Assembly: GCA_963815215.1 (NCBI GenBank)
Contig: CAWFFU010000009.1
Coordinates: 32,001-96,000 of the forward strand
Direction of reading: 5' to 3'
Origin: an uncultured Trueperaceae bacterium
GTDB lineage: Bacteria > Deinococcota > Deinococci > Deinococcales > Trueperaceae
Length of the DNA stretch: 64,000 nucleotides
Positions 13,566-22,657 of this stretch are shown here, one piece after another (position 1 is the stretch's first letter; each line of letters begins with the position of its first letter). Under the pieces are notes generated by a model. The model was given only the letters and a program-made list of their open reading frames with translations, was not told the DNA's origin and searched no databases. The translations under genes and the position numbers were made by a program.

Positions 13566-13594
13566 AATCGGAAGCGTTCCGATTATGCTATGCT
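13566..13594 (+). promoter_or_regulatory. 19-bp operator palindrome next to an extended -10 element of the Fur-family gene
   Basis: AATCGGAA-gcg-TTCCGATT (13566-13584) followed by TGcTATGCT (-10 at 13589-13594). Confidence 0.65.
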
Positions 13595-13642
13595 CTGCGC
13601 AGCGCGGGGAGCCGCGACGTGGGTCGGGGAAGGTTTGCAGAC

Positions 13643-14173
13643 GTGGCACGAAGCGAGCGCTCAACAACAGATCCCGGGAGACCGGATGGCACCGGTGTGG
13701 CCGGATCCCGAGGGACGGGCGCCGAGCCGGCAGCCACGGGGCCGCGCTCCGTGCTCAAGGAGTACGGCCTGCGCTTCAGCCGGCCACGCGAACGGATCGT
13801 GGCGTACCTGCTCGAAGAGGACAAACACGTCAGTGCTGAGGGGCTCTACCTGGCGCTCAAACAGCGCGGGGAGAACCTGAGCCTATCGACGGTCTACCTG
13901 AACCTCAACGTGCTGGCCGAGGCGGGGCTGGTCCGGGAGTTCAAGGGTGCGTCGGGGCAGGCCTTCTTCGACAGCAACGTCACGCCCCACTACCACGTGA
14001 TGTGCCGGCAGACGGGCGAGATCCTCGACGTCCCGGCGCCTACCGTCGACGGCAAGCCGCTCGGCCGTTTCCTCAAGGAGGCGATCGAAGCCGCCACCGG
14101 CTGGAAGGTCGATGAGCCGCGCCTGAGCCTCACGGGGTTGTCGCCCGAGGCGCAGGAGACCGACGACGATTGA
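13643..14173 (+). CDS. Fur-family transcriptional regulator (PerR/Irr-like)
   Basis: HVSAE.LY..SLSTVYLNLNVLAEAGLV..FDSNVTPHYHVMC; start uncertain (GTG 13643). Confidence 0.88.
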   Translation: MARSERSTTDPGRPDGTGVAGSRGTGAEPAATGPRSVLKEYGLRFSRPRERIVAYLLEEDKHVSAEGLYLALKQRGENLSLSTVYLNLNVLAEAGLVREFKGASGQAFFDSNVTPHYHVMCRQTGEILDVPAPTVDGKPLGRFLKEAIEAATGWKVDEPRLSLTGLSPEAQETDDD

Positions 14174-14226
14174 CCCGGCGTTCGTGCCCGCCCACGGGTG
14201 GCGGGCGAGCCGGTAGAATCCTCAGC

Positions 14227-15075
14227 ATGACCCAAGGAGAGTTCGCCCCCCGCGGCTTCGCCGTGCGGGAGCCGGTTGGCAACGACGATCTGCGCGCACT
14301 CGAGGACCTCCAGGTCGAAGTGTGGGGGTTCGACGAACGCGAGGCGGTCCCGGCCAGCCATTTCCGGGCGGTGCACCACGCCGGAGGCATGGTGCTCTGC
14401 GCGTACCTCGAGGACCGGCTGATCGGCTTCGCCTACGGCTTCCCGGCGCTCCCTCACGGCGCCTGGACGCACGGCGTGGGGCTCCACTCGCACATGGTCG
14501 GGGTGGGGCGCAGCAGGCAAGGGACCGGCGTGGGCCGTGCGCTCAAGTGGGCGCAACGCGACTGGTGCCTGGAGCGGGACATCCCCTGGATGAACTGGAC
14601 CTTCGACCCCATCCAGGCCCGGAACGCCAGGCTCAACTTCTACCACCTGGGGGCGCTGAGCCGGGAGTACCTGGTCGACTTCTACGGCACCATGCCCGGC
14701 AGCCTCGGTGGGAACCAGGCGAGCGACCGCTTGATGGCCTTCTGGGACCTTAGGTCGCGCGACGTCACCCTTCGTGCCGAGCGCTACGCGGTCGGGTTGG
14801 CGCCGGAGCCGGCGCCGCTGAGGCCCGCACCGTGGTGCCTGCGGCGGGGTCCGGACGGCGAGCCGCAGCGGGTGGGGGTTCCGGCCGATACGGACGCGTT
14901 GCGGGTGGCCGTACCGGAGGACGCGAACCGCCTGCTGCGCGAGGACCCGGGGGCGGCGACGCGCTGGCGCACGGCCGTGCGCGAGGCGATGGCCCCCGCC
15001 ATCGCCGACGGCTTCGTGGTGACGGCGTTCGAGGGAGAGGGCTACCTGCTCGAGCGCGGCGAGCGGGAGTCATAA
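14227..15075 (+). CDS. GNAT-family acyltransferase (COG3375-like)
   Basis: LHSHMVGV..QGTGVGRALKWAQR..WTFDP.QARNARLN..LGA..DFYG..SDRL; leaderless TAGAAT 7 nt upstream. Confidence 0.85.
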   Translation: MTQGEFAPRGFAVREPVGNDDLRALEDLQVEVWGFDEREAVPASHFRAVHHAGGMVLCAYLEDRLIGFAYGFPALPHGAWTHGVGLHSHMVGVGRSRQGTGVGRALKWAQRDWCLERDIPWMNWTFDPIQARNARLNFYHLGALSREYLVDFYGTMPGSLGGNQASDRLMAFWDLRSRDVTLRAERYAVGLAPEPAPLRPAPWCLRRGPDGEPQRVGVPADTDALRVAVPEDANRLLREDPGAATRWRTAVREAMAPAIADGFVVTAFEGEGYLLERGERES

Positions 15076-15118
15076 CGCGGAACTTGAAAGTCCAGCTTCG
15101 ACGAATAGAAAACCAAAC

Positions 15119-15147
15119 TTGACAAAATGACAAGTCGCCCCTATGAT
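15119..15147 (+). promoter_or_regulatory. Sigma70-type promoter of the SHOCT/DUF4097/DUF2089 operon
   Basis: TTGACA-17 nt-TATGAT in an AT-rich patch; AAGGAGG SD at 15155. Confidence 0.85.
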
Positions 15148-15163
15148 TCTGGTCAAGGAGGCG

Positions 15164-15388
15164 ATGACCGTGTACGGATGGACCCACGAGCGGATCGGCC
15201 ACATGCGCATCGACGAGCTGCGCAGGCAGGCGTTCGTCGGCGCCCAGATCCGAAGGGCGCGCGGCCGGGTCGGCTCGCGCATCGCCGCGACATTGCGCGC
15301 ATGGGCCGAACGGCTGGAGGCTCCCACGGGCATCATGACGGGCCCGTGGCGCGAGGACTTCCGGCCGCGTGCGGCGCGGCGCGTTTAG
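15164..15388 (+). CDS. Small basic hypothetical protein (74 aa)
   Basis: Strong promoter and SD immediately upstream; HMRIDELRRQA..RIAATLRAWAERLE amphipathic pattern. Confidence 0.65.
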   Translation: MTVYGWTHERIGHMRIDELRRQAFVGAQIRRARGRVGSRIAATLRAWAERLEAPTGIMTGPWREDFRPRAARRV

Positions 15389-15514
15389 CGCGACGCCGCG
15401 CCGAGCGTGAACGCGCCCGGCCTGTCGCGAGAGCGGCGCAGCGTCGAGAGCGAGGCGCAGCGACGAGGTTGAGCGACGAGATTGAGCGACGAAGTCCAGA
15501 GACGAGGCCATGAC

Positions 15515-16489
15515 GTGAACGAGAGCGAACGCATCCACAAGATGGTCGAAGCGGGCACCATCACCGAACGTGAGGCGGAACGTCTGCTGAGCGTCCTGCG
15601 CGAGATCGACCAGGCCGACGGCGAGCTCGCGGCCAGCGCGGCGGCGATGGAGGACGAGGCCCGGCGGGTCGAACGCCTGGACGGGCCGGAGCCGGCGGCC
15701 GCGGCCGCCGATGCCGGCACAACCGCGGCCGGAGACGCAAGCGCGACCGAAAGCGCGGGCCGGGAACCGGTCCCCGGCGCGGTTCCGGTTCCGGCGGCCG
15801 AGGCACCCGCCGGATCGCGTGGGCCCGCGTCCGCGGAGCCGGGCGCCGCCGCCCCCCGGGACACCCGCTGGGTGCGTGTCTCGCTGCTGGCCGGCGACGT
15901 GAGCGTCCGGGCCGACCCGGACGTCGACGAGGTGGTGGTGCGCGGCGACACCGAGAGCGTGCGGGTCGAAGCCACGGCCGACGGCTTCACGGTCGGACAC
16001 GCCAAGGGTGAGGGGCAGGAGAGCTGGGTCGACCGCTTCCTCTCTCGCATCCGCTCGGGCCACGTCGAGCTCCGCGTGCCGGCCGGCTACGGCGTCGATC
16101 TGGCCGTCACCGCCGGCGACGTCGAGATCCGCGGGGTGCCGTTCCTGCGGGGACGGCTGACGTCGGGCAATCTCGACGCGCGCGGCCTGCAGGGCATCGA
16201 CTTCACCACCGCCGCCGGCGACATCAACGTGGAGATGACGCTGACCGAGGGCCGGCATAGCCTGCGAGCCACCGCCGGCGACGTCAGCGTGCGCCTCGGG
16301 GCGGGCTCGGACGTCGAAGTCGACGGCTCCGTCTCTATCGGCAGCGCCTCGGTGCGCGCGCCCGGCTTCGAGGTGGACCGCCGCGGCGTGGGGCAACGGT
16401 TCCGGGGTCGGGTCGGGGCCGGCCGCGCCCGGCTCGATCTGCACGTCACGACGGGCGATGTGGATGTGAAGGTGAGCGATGAACGCTAG
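15515..16489 (+). CDS. SHOCT-like N-terminus plus DUF4097 (Toastrack/LiaG/YvlB-like) beta-repeat protein
   Basis: ERIHKMVEAGTITEREAERLL; repeated (T/S)AGD(V/I)x(V/I) beta units. Confidence 0.8.
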   Translation: MNESERIHKMVEAGTITEREAERLLSVLREIDQADGELAASAAAMEDEARRVERLDGPEPAAAAADAGTTAAGDASATESAGREPVPGAVPVPAAEAPAGSRGPASAEPGAAAPRDTRWVRVSLLAGDVSVRADPDVDEVVVRGDTESVRVEATADGFTVGHAKGEGQESWVDRFLSRIRSGHVELRVPAGYGVDLAVTAGDVEIRGVPFLRGRLTSGNLDARGLQGIDFTTAAGDINVEMTLTEGRHSLRATAGDVSVRLGAGSDVEVDGSVSIGSASVRAPGFEVDRRGVGQRFRGRVGAGRARLDLHVTTGDVDVKVSDER

Positions 16490-16886
16490 CGAGGAACGAC
16501 GCCGGATCCTGGACCTGCTGGCCGCCGGACAGATCAGCGCCGAGCAGGCGGCCGAGCTGCTGGAAGCCGTGGGGCCGGGGGGCGGGTCGCTACCGGCTGC
16601 TCCGGTCAAGGGTATCGCCCGGCTTCTGCGCATCTCGGTGGATGCCACCCGGCCCGACGGCAGTCGAGAGGCCACCGTTCGGATCAACGTCCCGCTGGGC
16701 CTGGCGAAGTTCGCCGGGCGCTTCCTGCCGCCCGAGGCGCGCCGCGAGCTCGAAGGGCAGGGGATCGACCTGTCGTCGTTGCTCGACTCCCTGAACGCCG
16801 ACGTGCCCGACGGCCGTCTGGTGGACATCGACGCCACCGACGAGGAGAAGGGCACCACCGCCAAGATCATCATCGAGGTGGTCTGA
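16479..16886 (+). CDS. SHOCT-like domain protein
   Basis: EERRRILDLLAAGQISAEQAAELLEA; LLRISV..VRINVPLGLA..LVDID..IIIEV. Confidence 0.8.
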   Translation: MNASEERRRILDLLAAGQISAEQAAELLEAVGPGGGSLPAAPVKGIARLLRISVDATRPDGSREATVRINVPLGLAKFAGRFLPPEARRELEGQGIDLSSLLDSLNADVPDGRLVDIDATDEEKGTTAKIIIEVV

Positions 16887-17338
16887 TGCTTCGGTTCCGG
16901 CGCCTGGATGGCCCCGGCCTCCGTGCCTACGTCGACGAGCTACGGCCGCGTGTGCTGGTCGTGCGCATCCGTGCCAAGCGGTTCCGCCTGCTGTGGGCGG
17001 TCCCCATGGCGCCCTTCGAGGAGCTGCTCGCCTTCGCATTGGGGCTGGCCTTGCTGGTCCCGACGGCGGCGCGGTTCCTGCCCGAGGCGAGGCGCGCCCG
17101 GTTCGAACGCCGCGGCGGCCTCGTGGCGGCCGCGAGCCAGGCGGCGGCCGGTGCCTACGTCGTGAGGGAGTCCGGTGATCCCGGCAGCGTAGCCGCTCAG
17201 GAGCTGCCCCAGGGACTTCTCGCCCGGCTCTCGCTCATCGCCGCAGGAGGCCTCGGCGAGGCGCTGCGGCTCCCGCCCGGCACGCCCTACCTGAGCGTGC
17301 AGGGCGAGGGCGTGACCATCGACGTGCGCCCCTACTGA
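16886..17338 (+). CDS. Hypothetical protein with one hydrophobic segment
   Basis: TGATG coupling to the upstream gene; GC3-rich frame; FEELLAFALGLALLV. Confidence 0.6.
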   Translation: MLRFRRLDGPGLRAYVDELRPRVLVVRIRAKRFRLLWAVPMAPFEELLAFALGLALLVPTAARFLPEARRARFERRGGLVAAASQAAAGAYVVRESGDPGSVAAQELPQGLLARLSLIAAGGLGEALRLPPGTPYLSVQGEGVTIDVRPY

Positions 17339-17379
17339 GCCGTGCGCACCTTGCCAGATCCGAACGAGGGAGACGCATC

Positions 17380-17763
17380 ATGACGAGACTTCCCATGCCC
17401 ACCGCCTGCCCGGTCACCGGCGAGCCGCTGACCGTGACACGGCTGGAGTGCGAGGCCAGCGGCGTGGCGATCGAAGGTCGCTTCACGCCCAACGAGTTCG
17501 CCTTGCTGCCCGAGGAGCAGCTCGAGTTCCTGCGCATCTTCGTGAAGGTGCGCGGCAACCTGAAAGAGGCCGAGCGGGTGCTGGGGCTGAGCTACCCCAC
17601 CGTCCGGTTGCGTTTCGACACCCTGCTGCGGGCGCTCGGCTACGAAGCCGGCCCCGACGCCGGTGAGGAGCGATCGGGCGTGCTGGAGCGGCTGGAGAAG
17701 GGCGAGATCAGCGCCGAGGAGGCCACCCGGCAGCTGCAGACGCTCAAGCGCCGCGGCGCTTGA
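17380..17763 (+). CDS. DUF2089 family protein (Zn-ribbon/HTH/SHOCT-like), probable regulator
   Basis: CPVTGEPL.VTRLEC..IEGRF..FVKVRGNLKEAERVLGLSYPTVRLR..LEKGEISAEEA. Confidence 0.88.
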   Translation: MTRLPMPTACPVTGEPLTVTRLECEASGVAIEGRFTPNEFALLPEEQLEFLRIFVKVRGNLKEAERVLGLSYPTVRLRFDTLLRALGYEAGPDAGEERSGVLERLEKGEISAEEATRQLQTLKRRGA

Positions 17764-17986
17764 GCGGCCCGGCACTCGCCCGCGACCGCGAGCGGCGGCC
17801 CGAGCGTCAGTCCGGGCGGCGGCTCGAGCGGCGCCGACGGGCGAGCCGGCTCGGGTTGCGCCCCTTCGAGCCCGGTGGGCCGCAAGCAGCGCGCCGGTTC
17901 ATCGAGAAACGGGCAGTGGGACGCAGATTCTGCCGTGCATCCCATACCACGGCGGGCCCGGAGGGCTTCGGTATACTGACCACTTG

Positions 17987-19210
17987 ATGGCGGACTACTA
18001 CGAGATGCTCGAGGTCGAACGTGAAGCGGACGGGGCCCAGGTCAAGGCGGCCTACCGGAAGCTGGCCCTGAAGTACCACCCGGACCGCAATCCCGGCGAC
18101 CGCGAGGCCGAGGAGCGCTTCAAGAGCATCAACGAGGCCTACGCGGTGCTCTCCGATCCCGAGAAGCGCAGCCGCTACGACCGCTTCGGCAGCGTGGACG
18201 AGTCCGCCACCTTCAGTGGCGACATCTTCGACATCTTCGCGTCGGTGTTCGGCGGCAACATGGCGGGCGCACGGCCGCGCCAGCGCGGTCAGCCCGGCGA
18301 GGATCTCGAGGCCCAGCTCAGCGTCACCCTCGAGCAGGCGCGTGAGGGCGAGACCGTCGAGATCGAGCTCAACCGTTACACCACCTGCGAGCGCTGTCAT
18401 GGCGATCGGGCCGATCCCGACGGCGCCGGCAAGCAGTCCTGCCCCACCTGCCACGGCGCCGGTCAGGTGCGCGCCCAGGCGCAGTCCTTCTTCGGCACGG
18501 TGGTGACCACGCGCAGTTGCCCGCAGTGCCACGGGCTGGGGGAGATCGTCACCGAACCCTGCACCTCCTGCGCCGGTCTGGGTCGCAAGGAGAGCCGCGA
18601 ACCGGTCGAGGTGAAGCTGCCGCGCGGCATCGACGGGGGCTACCGCCTGCGCGTGACGGGCGCCGGCAACGCCGGCGTCGACGGCGGCCCGCCCGGCGAT
18701 CTGTACCTGTTCATCGACATGGCGCCGCACGAGCACTTCCGGCGCGACGGCGACGACCTGTGGTTCGACCTCCACGTGGGGCTGGCGCAGGCGACGCTGG
18801 GCTCGAGCTTCGAGGTCCCGACCCTGGACGGGCCCGAAGTGGTCGACGTCCCCGCCGGCACGCAGTCCGGCTCCGAGGTGCGGCTACGCGGCCGGGGGAT
18901 GCCCCGGTTGCGCCAGATCGGCAGCGGCGACCAGGTGGTGCACATCGTCGTCGACACGCCCAAGCGGCTGTCGGCCAGAGCCCGCGAGCTGCTGCTGGCC
19001 TACGCCGACGAGGCCGGCGAGGAGATCCACGAGCGCGAGACGCTGCTGGAGCGGGTCAAGCACCTGTTCGGCGGCCGGCGCAAGGATCGAGGCGCCGGGA
19101 GCGCCGCGGACGACGGCTCCGAGCACAGCCGCGAGGGCACGGGGGCGCACCGCAGCAAGGTCGGTGGCGCCAAGGTCGGTAGCGCCAAGGTCGGCAGCGT
19201 CGACGAGTAG
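17987..19210 (+). CDS. dnaJ: Molecular chaperone DnaJ
   Basis: J domain with YHPDRN; four CxxCxGxG-type repeats; GDLY C-terminal domain. Confidence 0.96.
   Translation: MADYYEMLEVEREADGAQVKAAYRKLALKYHPDRNPGDREAEERFKSINEAYAVLSDPEKRSRYDRFGSVDESATFSGDIFDIFASVFGGNMAGARPRQRGQPGEDLEAQLSVTLEQAREGETVEIELNRYTTCERCHGDRADPDGAGKQSCPTCHGAGQVRAQAQSFFGTVVTTRSCPQCHGLGEIVTEPCTSCAGLGRKESREPVEVKLPRGIDGGYRLRVTGAGNAGVDGGPPGDLYLFIDMAPHEHFRRDGDDLWFDLHVGLAQATLGSSFEVPTLDGPEVVDVPAGTQSGSEVRLRGRGMPRLRQIGSGDQVVHIVVDTPKRLSARARELLLAYADEAGEEIHERETLLERVKHLFGGRRKDRGAGSAADDGSEHSREGTGAHRSKVGGAKVGSAKVGSVDE
19155..19199 (+). repeat. 3 x 15-bp tandem repeat encoding KVG(G/S)A at the DnaJ C-terminus
   Basis: caaggtcggtggcgc caaggtcggtagcgc caaggtcggcagcgt. 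Confidence 0.85.
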
Positions 19211-19216
19211 CCCCCG

Positions 19217-20155
19217 CTAGCTCCGTTCTTCGCCTTGCAGCGCCTCCCGGCGGCGGCGCAGCCACACCCGCAACTCGCCCTCCACCTGCTCCGCGACCTC
19301 GGGGACGTGCCGGGCCTCCGGCTCCTTGCGGAACCAGGTGCGCTGGCGGCGCGCGTACTGCAGCGTCGCGATGGTGACGGCGAGCTCCGCCTCATCCAGC
19401 GTGCTGCGGCCCGCGAGGTGGGTGGCGACCTCCTTGTAGCCGATCGCCTGGAGCGCGGTCGGCTGCTCGGGGTAGGCCTCCAGCAAGGCGCGTACCTCCT
19501 CGACCAGGCCGTTCTCGAACATGTGCCGCGTGCGCTGCCGGATGCGCGGCCGTAGGGCATCGAGCGTCGGCAGCAGCGCGACCTTGTCGTAACGGAACGC
19601 GGGGGTGGTGTGCGGGAAGGCGCTCGGAGGGCGCCCCGTGCGTCGAAGCACCTCGAGCGCGCGGATGACGCGGCGCGGGTTGCGCTGGGCGCGCGCGGCG
19701 TCGCCGGGGCTGAGGCGTTCGAGCTCCGCCACCATCCTCTCCAGGCCGTTCTCCTCGAGATCCTTCCAGAGCGGCGCCTGTGCTTCCGGATCGGCCGGCG
19801 GCGCGGTGGGGAGCCCCTCGGCCAGGGCCCGGATGTAGAAACCGGTGCCCCCGACCACGAGCGGCAGGCGTCCGCGCGCCAGCACGGCCGCCAGCGCCGC
19901 CTCGGCGGCATGCACGTAGTCTGCGACGGAGAAGGCCGTGGCCGGGGTGACGATGTCGAGGAGATGGTGCGGCACCCGCTCGCGCTCGTCGCGGGCGGGC
20001 TTGGCGGTGCCGATGTCCATGCCTCGGTAGACCTGCATGGCGTCGGCGGCAACGATCTCGAGACCCAGGTCTTCGGCCAGGAGCATCGCCAGGGAGCTCT
20101 TGCCGGAGGCCGTGGGCCCGCCGAGAATCGGGATGAGAACGGCCGCAGAGGCCAC
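19217..20155 (-). CDS. miaA: tRNA dimethylallyltransferase
   Basis: GPTASGKS, DAMQVYRGMDIGTAKP, VGGTGFY, RRVIRALE, QAIGYKE, YARRQRTWF. Confidence 0.97.
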   Translation of the reverse strand: MASAAVLIPILGGPTASGKSSLAMLLAEDLGLEIVAADAMQVYRGMDIGTAKPARDERERVPHHLLDIVTPATAFSVADYVHAAEAALAAVLARGRLPLVVGGTGFYIRALAEGLPTAPPADPEAQAPLWKDLEENGLERMVAELERLSPGDAARAQRNPRRVIRALEVLRRTGRPPSAFPHTTPAFRYDKVALLPTLDALRPRIRQRTRHMFENGLVEEVRALLEAYPEQPTALQAIGYKEVATHLAGRSTLDEAELAVTIATLQYARRQRTWFRKEPEARHVPEVAEQVEGELRVWLRRRREALQGEERS

Positions 20156-20202
20156 GTGCCTACGCTAACAGACCCCTCGGAGGCGGGTGCTAAACTCGCC
20201 GC

Positions 20203-20586
20203 ATGGAGATCGAGAAGTTCGGCTCGGGCGCCGACATCGAGGAGCTCCTGGCGGTGCGCGACCGGATCGAAGCGCTCACCCAGACGGGTTCATCGGGCGA
20301 CAGCATGTTGCCGAGGGTGGACCTGCTCGACCTCGGCGACGCCTACCAGATGTTCGTCGAGGTGCCGGGCGTGTCCCTCTCGAGCCTCGAGGTCGCCCTT
20401 CAGGGCCGGGACCTGGTCGTCGCGGGGCTGCGCGAGAACCTGCCCGACGAGACCGGCATCGTGTTCAGCGAGCGGCCCAACGGACCGTTCCAGCGCACCG
20501 TCGAGCTGCCCGGCGAGGTCGACCGCGAGGCCACCACCGCCCACCTCCACTCCGGCCTGCTCGTCGTCAATCTGCCCAAGGCCTGA
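20203..20586 (+). CDS. Small heat-shock protein (Hsp20/alpha-crystallin)
   Basis: PRVDLLD..VEVPGV..SERPNGPFQRTVELP..GLLVVNLPK. Confidence 0.9.
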   Translation: MEIEKFGSGADIEELLAVRDRIEALTQTGSSGDSMLPRVDLLDLGDAYQMFVEVPGVSLSSLEVALQGRDLVVAGLRENLPDETGIVFSERPNGPFQRTVELPGEVDREATTAHLHSGLLVVNLPKA

Positions 20587-20635
20587 CCCCGACGGTGACG
20601 CGCCCGTCGCCGAGCGGCCGAGCCGGTGAGCGTTG

Positions 20636-21746
20636 GTGAGGCTCCCGGTGGAGCACGTCCCCTTCCCGGTCGAGCCCCGCTACAGCGTGCGCCCCACGCT
20701 GCGCCGTTGGGAGGCGGGCGACCGCGGGCATCTGCGCCTCGACGCGCGCTACCCCGAGTACCTGACCGAGAAGCTCCGACTGCTGCGCAGCGACCCCGCC
20801 GGTTGCCGTGTGCTGGCGCCCGACGTCGACCGCCGGGCTCTTGCCGGCGCGCTCCTGCACGTCGCCGAAGGGCTGGCGCTCGACGCGGCGATGCACGGGG
20901 CGCAGGCCGGTGCTGCAGGACGGGGCGCAGGACGGGGCGGGACCCGAGGCGCCGGCGCCAACCGCCCCCGCCCCCATCGTGGTCGATGACGGCGGCGTGC
21001 GCTTCCCCCTGCTGGGCATCGCCCTGCACGGACCCGGCTGGGACCTCTCCCGGCACGAGCCTGCCACCCGCGTCGCCGGCCTGTCCTCCGATCTCCTGGC
21101 GCGCGTCGGCGACCACCTGGCCGGGCTCGAGCCGCTCGAGCGGCTGGCCGACGCCCTCGCCCTGGCCGTTCAGGAGGACCTGGTGGTGATGGCGGGCGCG
21201 GCTCCGCCCGAGCCCGCCGGACGATCGGCCCCGGTCGCGCCGACCGCGCCGGCGGACGGCCGCGCCGAGCTGCTGCACGTGTGCTTCCCCAGCGCCTGGG
21301 ACCCGGCGGCGCGGGCCGGCGCCGGCTTCGCCGCGCTGCATGCGCCGGTGCCGCACAATGGGGCCCTGCTGTCGGCGGCGGGCCGGGTGGTGCAGGCGAT
21401 GGTCGCCAAGGGACCCTTCGTGCGTTACGTGTGGAGCCTCGCGGCCGACGACGCCCTCGACCGCAACCCGCGCCGCCTCGGCGAAGGGGTTCCGGCGAGC
21501 GAGCCGGCGGGCGTGTGGTTCCGCGTCGAGCGCCAGACCGTCCTGCCGCTGACGGCGTCGCAGCGGGCCCTGTTCACCATCCGCGTGTACCGCGCCCCGC
21601 TGCCGAGCGTGCTGACCTCGCCGGAGCGCGGCGCGGTGCTGGCGTCGGCGCTCCGTTCGATGGACGCTTCGCTGCTGGCGTACAAGGGCGTGGGCGGTCT
21701 GCGCGCGGCGCTACTGGCGTACCTCGACGACCGAAACGCCGGCTGA
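20636..21746 (+). pseudogene. DUF3445 / heme-dependent oxidative N-demethylase alpha-like gene split by a +1 frameshift near 20914
   Basis: N-part in the 20636 frame (YPEYLTEKLRLL); C-part in the 20808 frame (VQEDLVVM, CFPSAWDP, LHAPVP, FVRYVWSL, WFRVERQT, LFTIRVY). Confidence 0.75.
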
Positions 21747-21778
21747 GCTCCCGGCGCGCTCCGGGTCACGGCAGTCCC

Positions 21779-22657
21779 TCAGGGGATCGACACGTCCAGG
21801 TCGCCGTGCACGCCGCCCAGCACCACGACGTCGTTGTTGTTCAGGTAGTAGCGCAGCCGGCTGCCCTCCAGCACGTCCTTGCCCTGGGTGCTCCGGGCGG
21901 GCGAGCCGGCGAGCAGCGCCACCCCGGCGGCCTCGTCGAGCTCGAGGCTGTCGGCGGTGGTCACCCGGTCCTGGGAGGTCACCTTGACGTTGCCCATCAG
22001 GGTGGCGTGGCGGGTCTGGGTATCGAAGCGCATGCTGTCCGCGCTGGCGGTGAGCGCCGGCGAGTCGCCGGCGGCGGCACGGACGAGTTCGATGGGGCCG
22101 TCCATGGTGCCGGTGTCGCTGCCCTGGTCGAGGAAGAAGCGGGTGCCGCGCACCGTGGTGCGCCCCTGCACCATCGTCACGCTCGGCGCCTTCGTGCGCT
22201 GCTCGCTGCCGATGCAGCCCGGCCGGTCGAGCGTCACGGTGCCGTCGTAGAGCTCGAGCGTCTGGTCCTCGCCGGCGGCGGCGTTGCTGCCCCCGGCCGC
22301 CTGCTCCGGCGTCAGCACGATGGCGACGTTCGAGCGCAGCTCGGTGTCCTTGCCCACGCGGGTGTCGACGTAGCCGGGAGCGGGACCGTAGAGCAAGGCC
22401 TGCCGCTTGCCGGTCTGGCAGTTCGGGTTGTTCCCGATGAACCGCGCGCCGTCGGCGTACTGCGCCTTGAGGGTCACCACGATGGTGGTGTCCTTGCGCG
22501 TCAGCGTCACCTGCGACTCGGTCTGGGCGAGCGCGGTGGACGCCAGCAACAGCGCGCCCACCGCGCCGAGCGCGCGCCGGGCGAGGCGAACGGCCCGCGC
22601 GGGCGCTGCGGTGCGCCGGCCGTCCGCCGCCGGGTGCGGGACCCGGCGCGCGCCCAT
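21779..22657 (-). CDS. LptA/OstA-like beta-jellyroll periplasmic protein
   Basis: Signal peptide (ALA-Q); ATLMGNVKVT..ADSL..QGKDVLEGSRLRYYL. Confidence 0.75.
   Translation of the reverse strand: MGARRVPHPAADGRRTAAPARAVRLARRALGAVGALLLASTALAQTESQVTLTRKDTTIVVTLKAQYADGARFIGNNPNCQTGKRQALLYGPAPGYVDTRVGKDTELRSNVAIVLTPEQAAGGSNAAAGEDQTLELYDGTVTLDRPGCIGSEQRTKAPSVTMVQGRTTVRGTRFFLDQGSDTGTMDGPIELVRAAAGDSPALTASADSMRFDTQTRHATLMGNVKVTSQDRVTTADSLELDEAAGVALLAGSPARSTQGKDVLEGSRLRYYLNNNDVVVLGGVHGDLDVSIP

Noticed and set aside
20167..20193. CIRCE element before hsp20
   Set aside because: The right arm GGGTGCTAA resembles the consensus but the left arm (aacagaccc) does not
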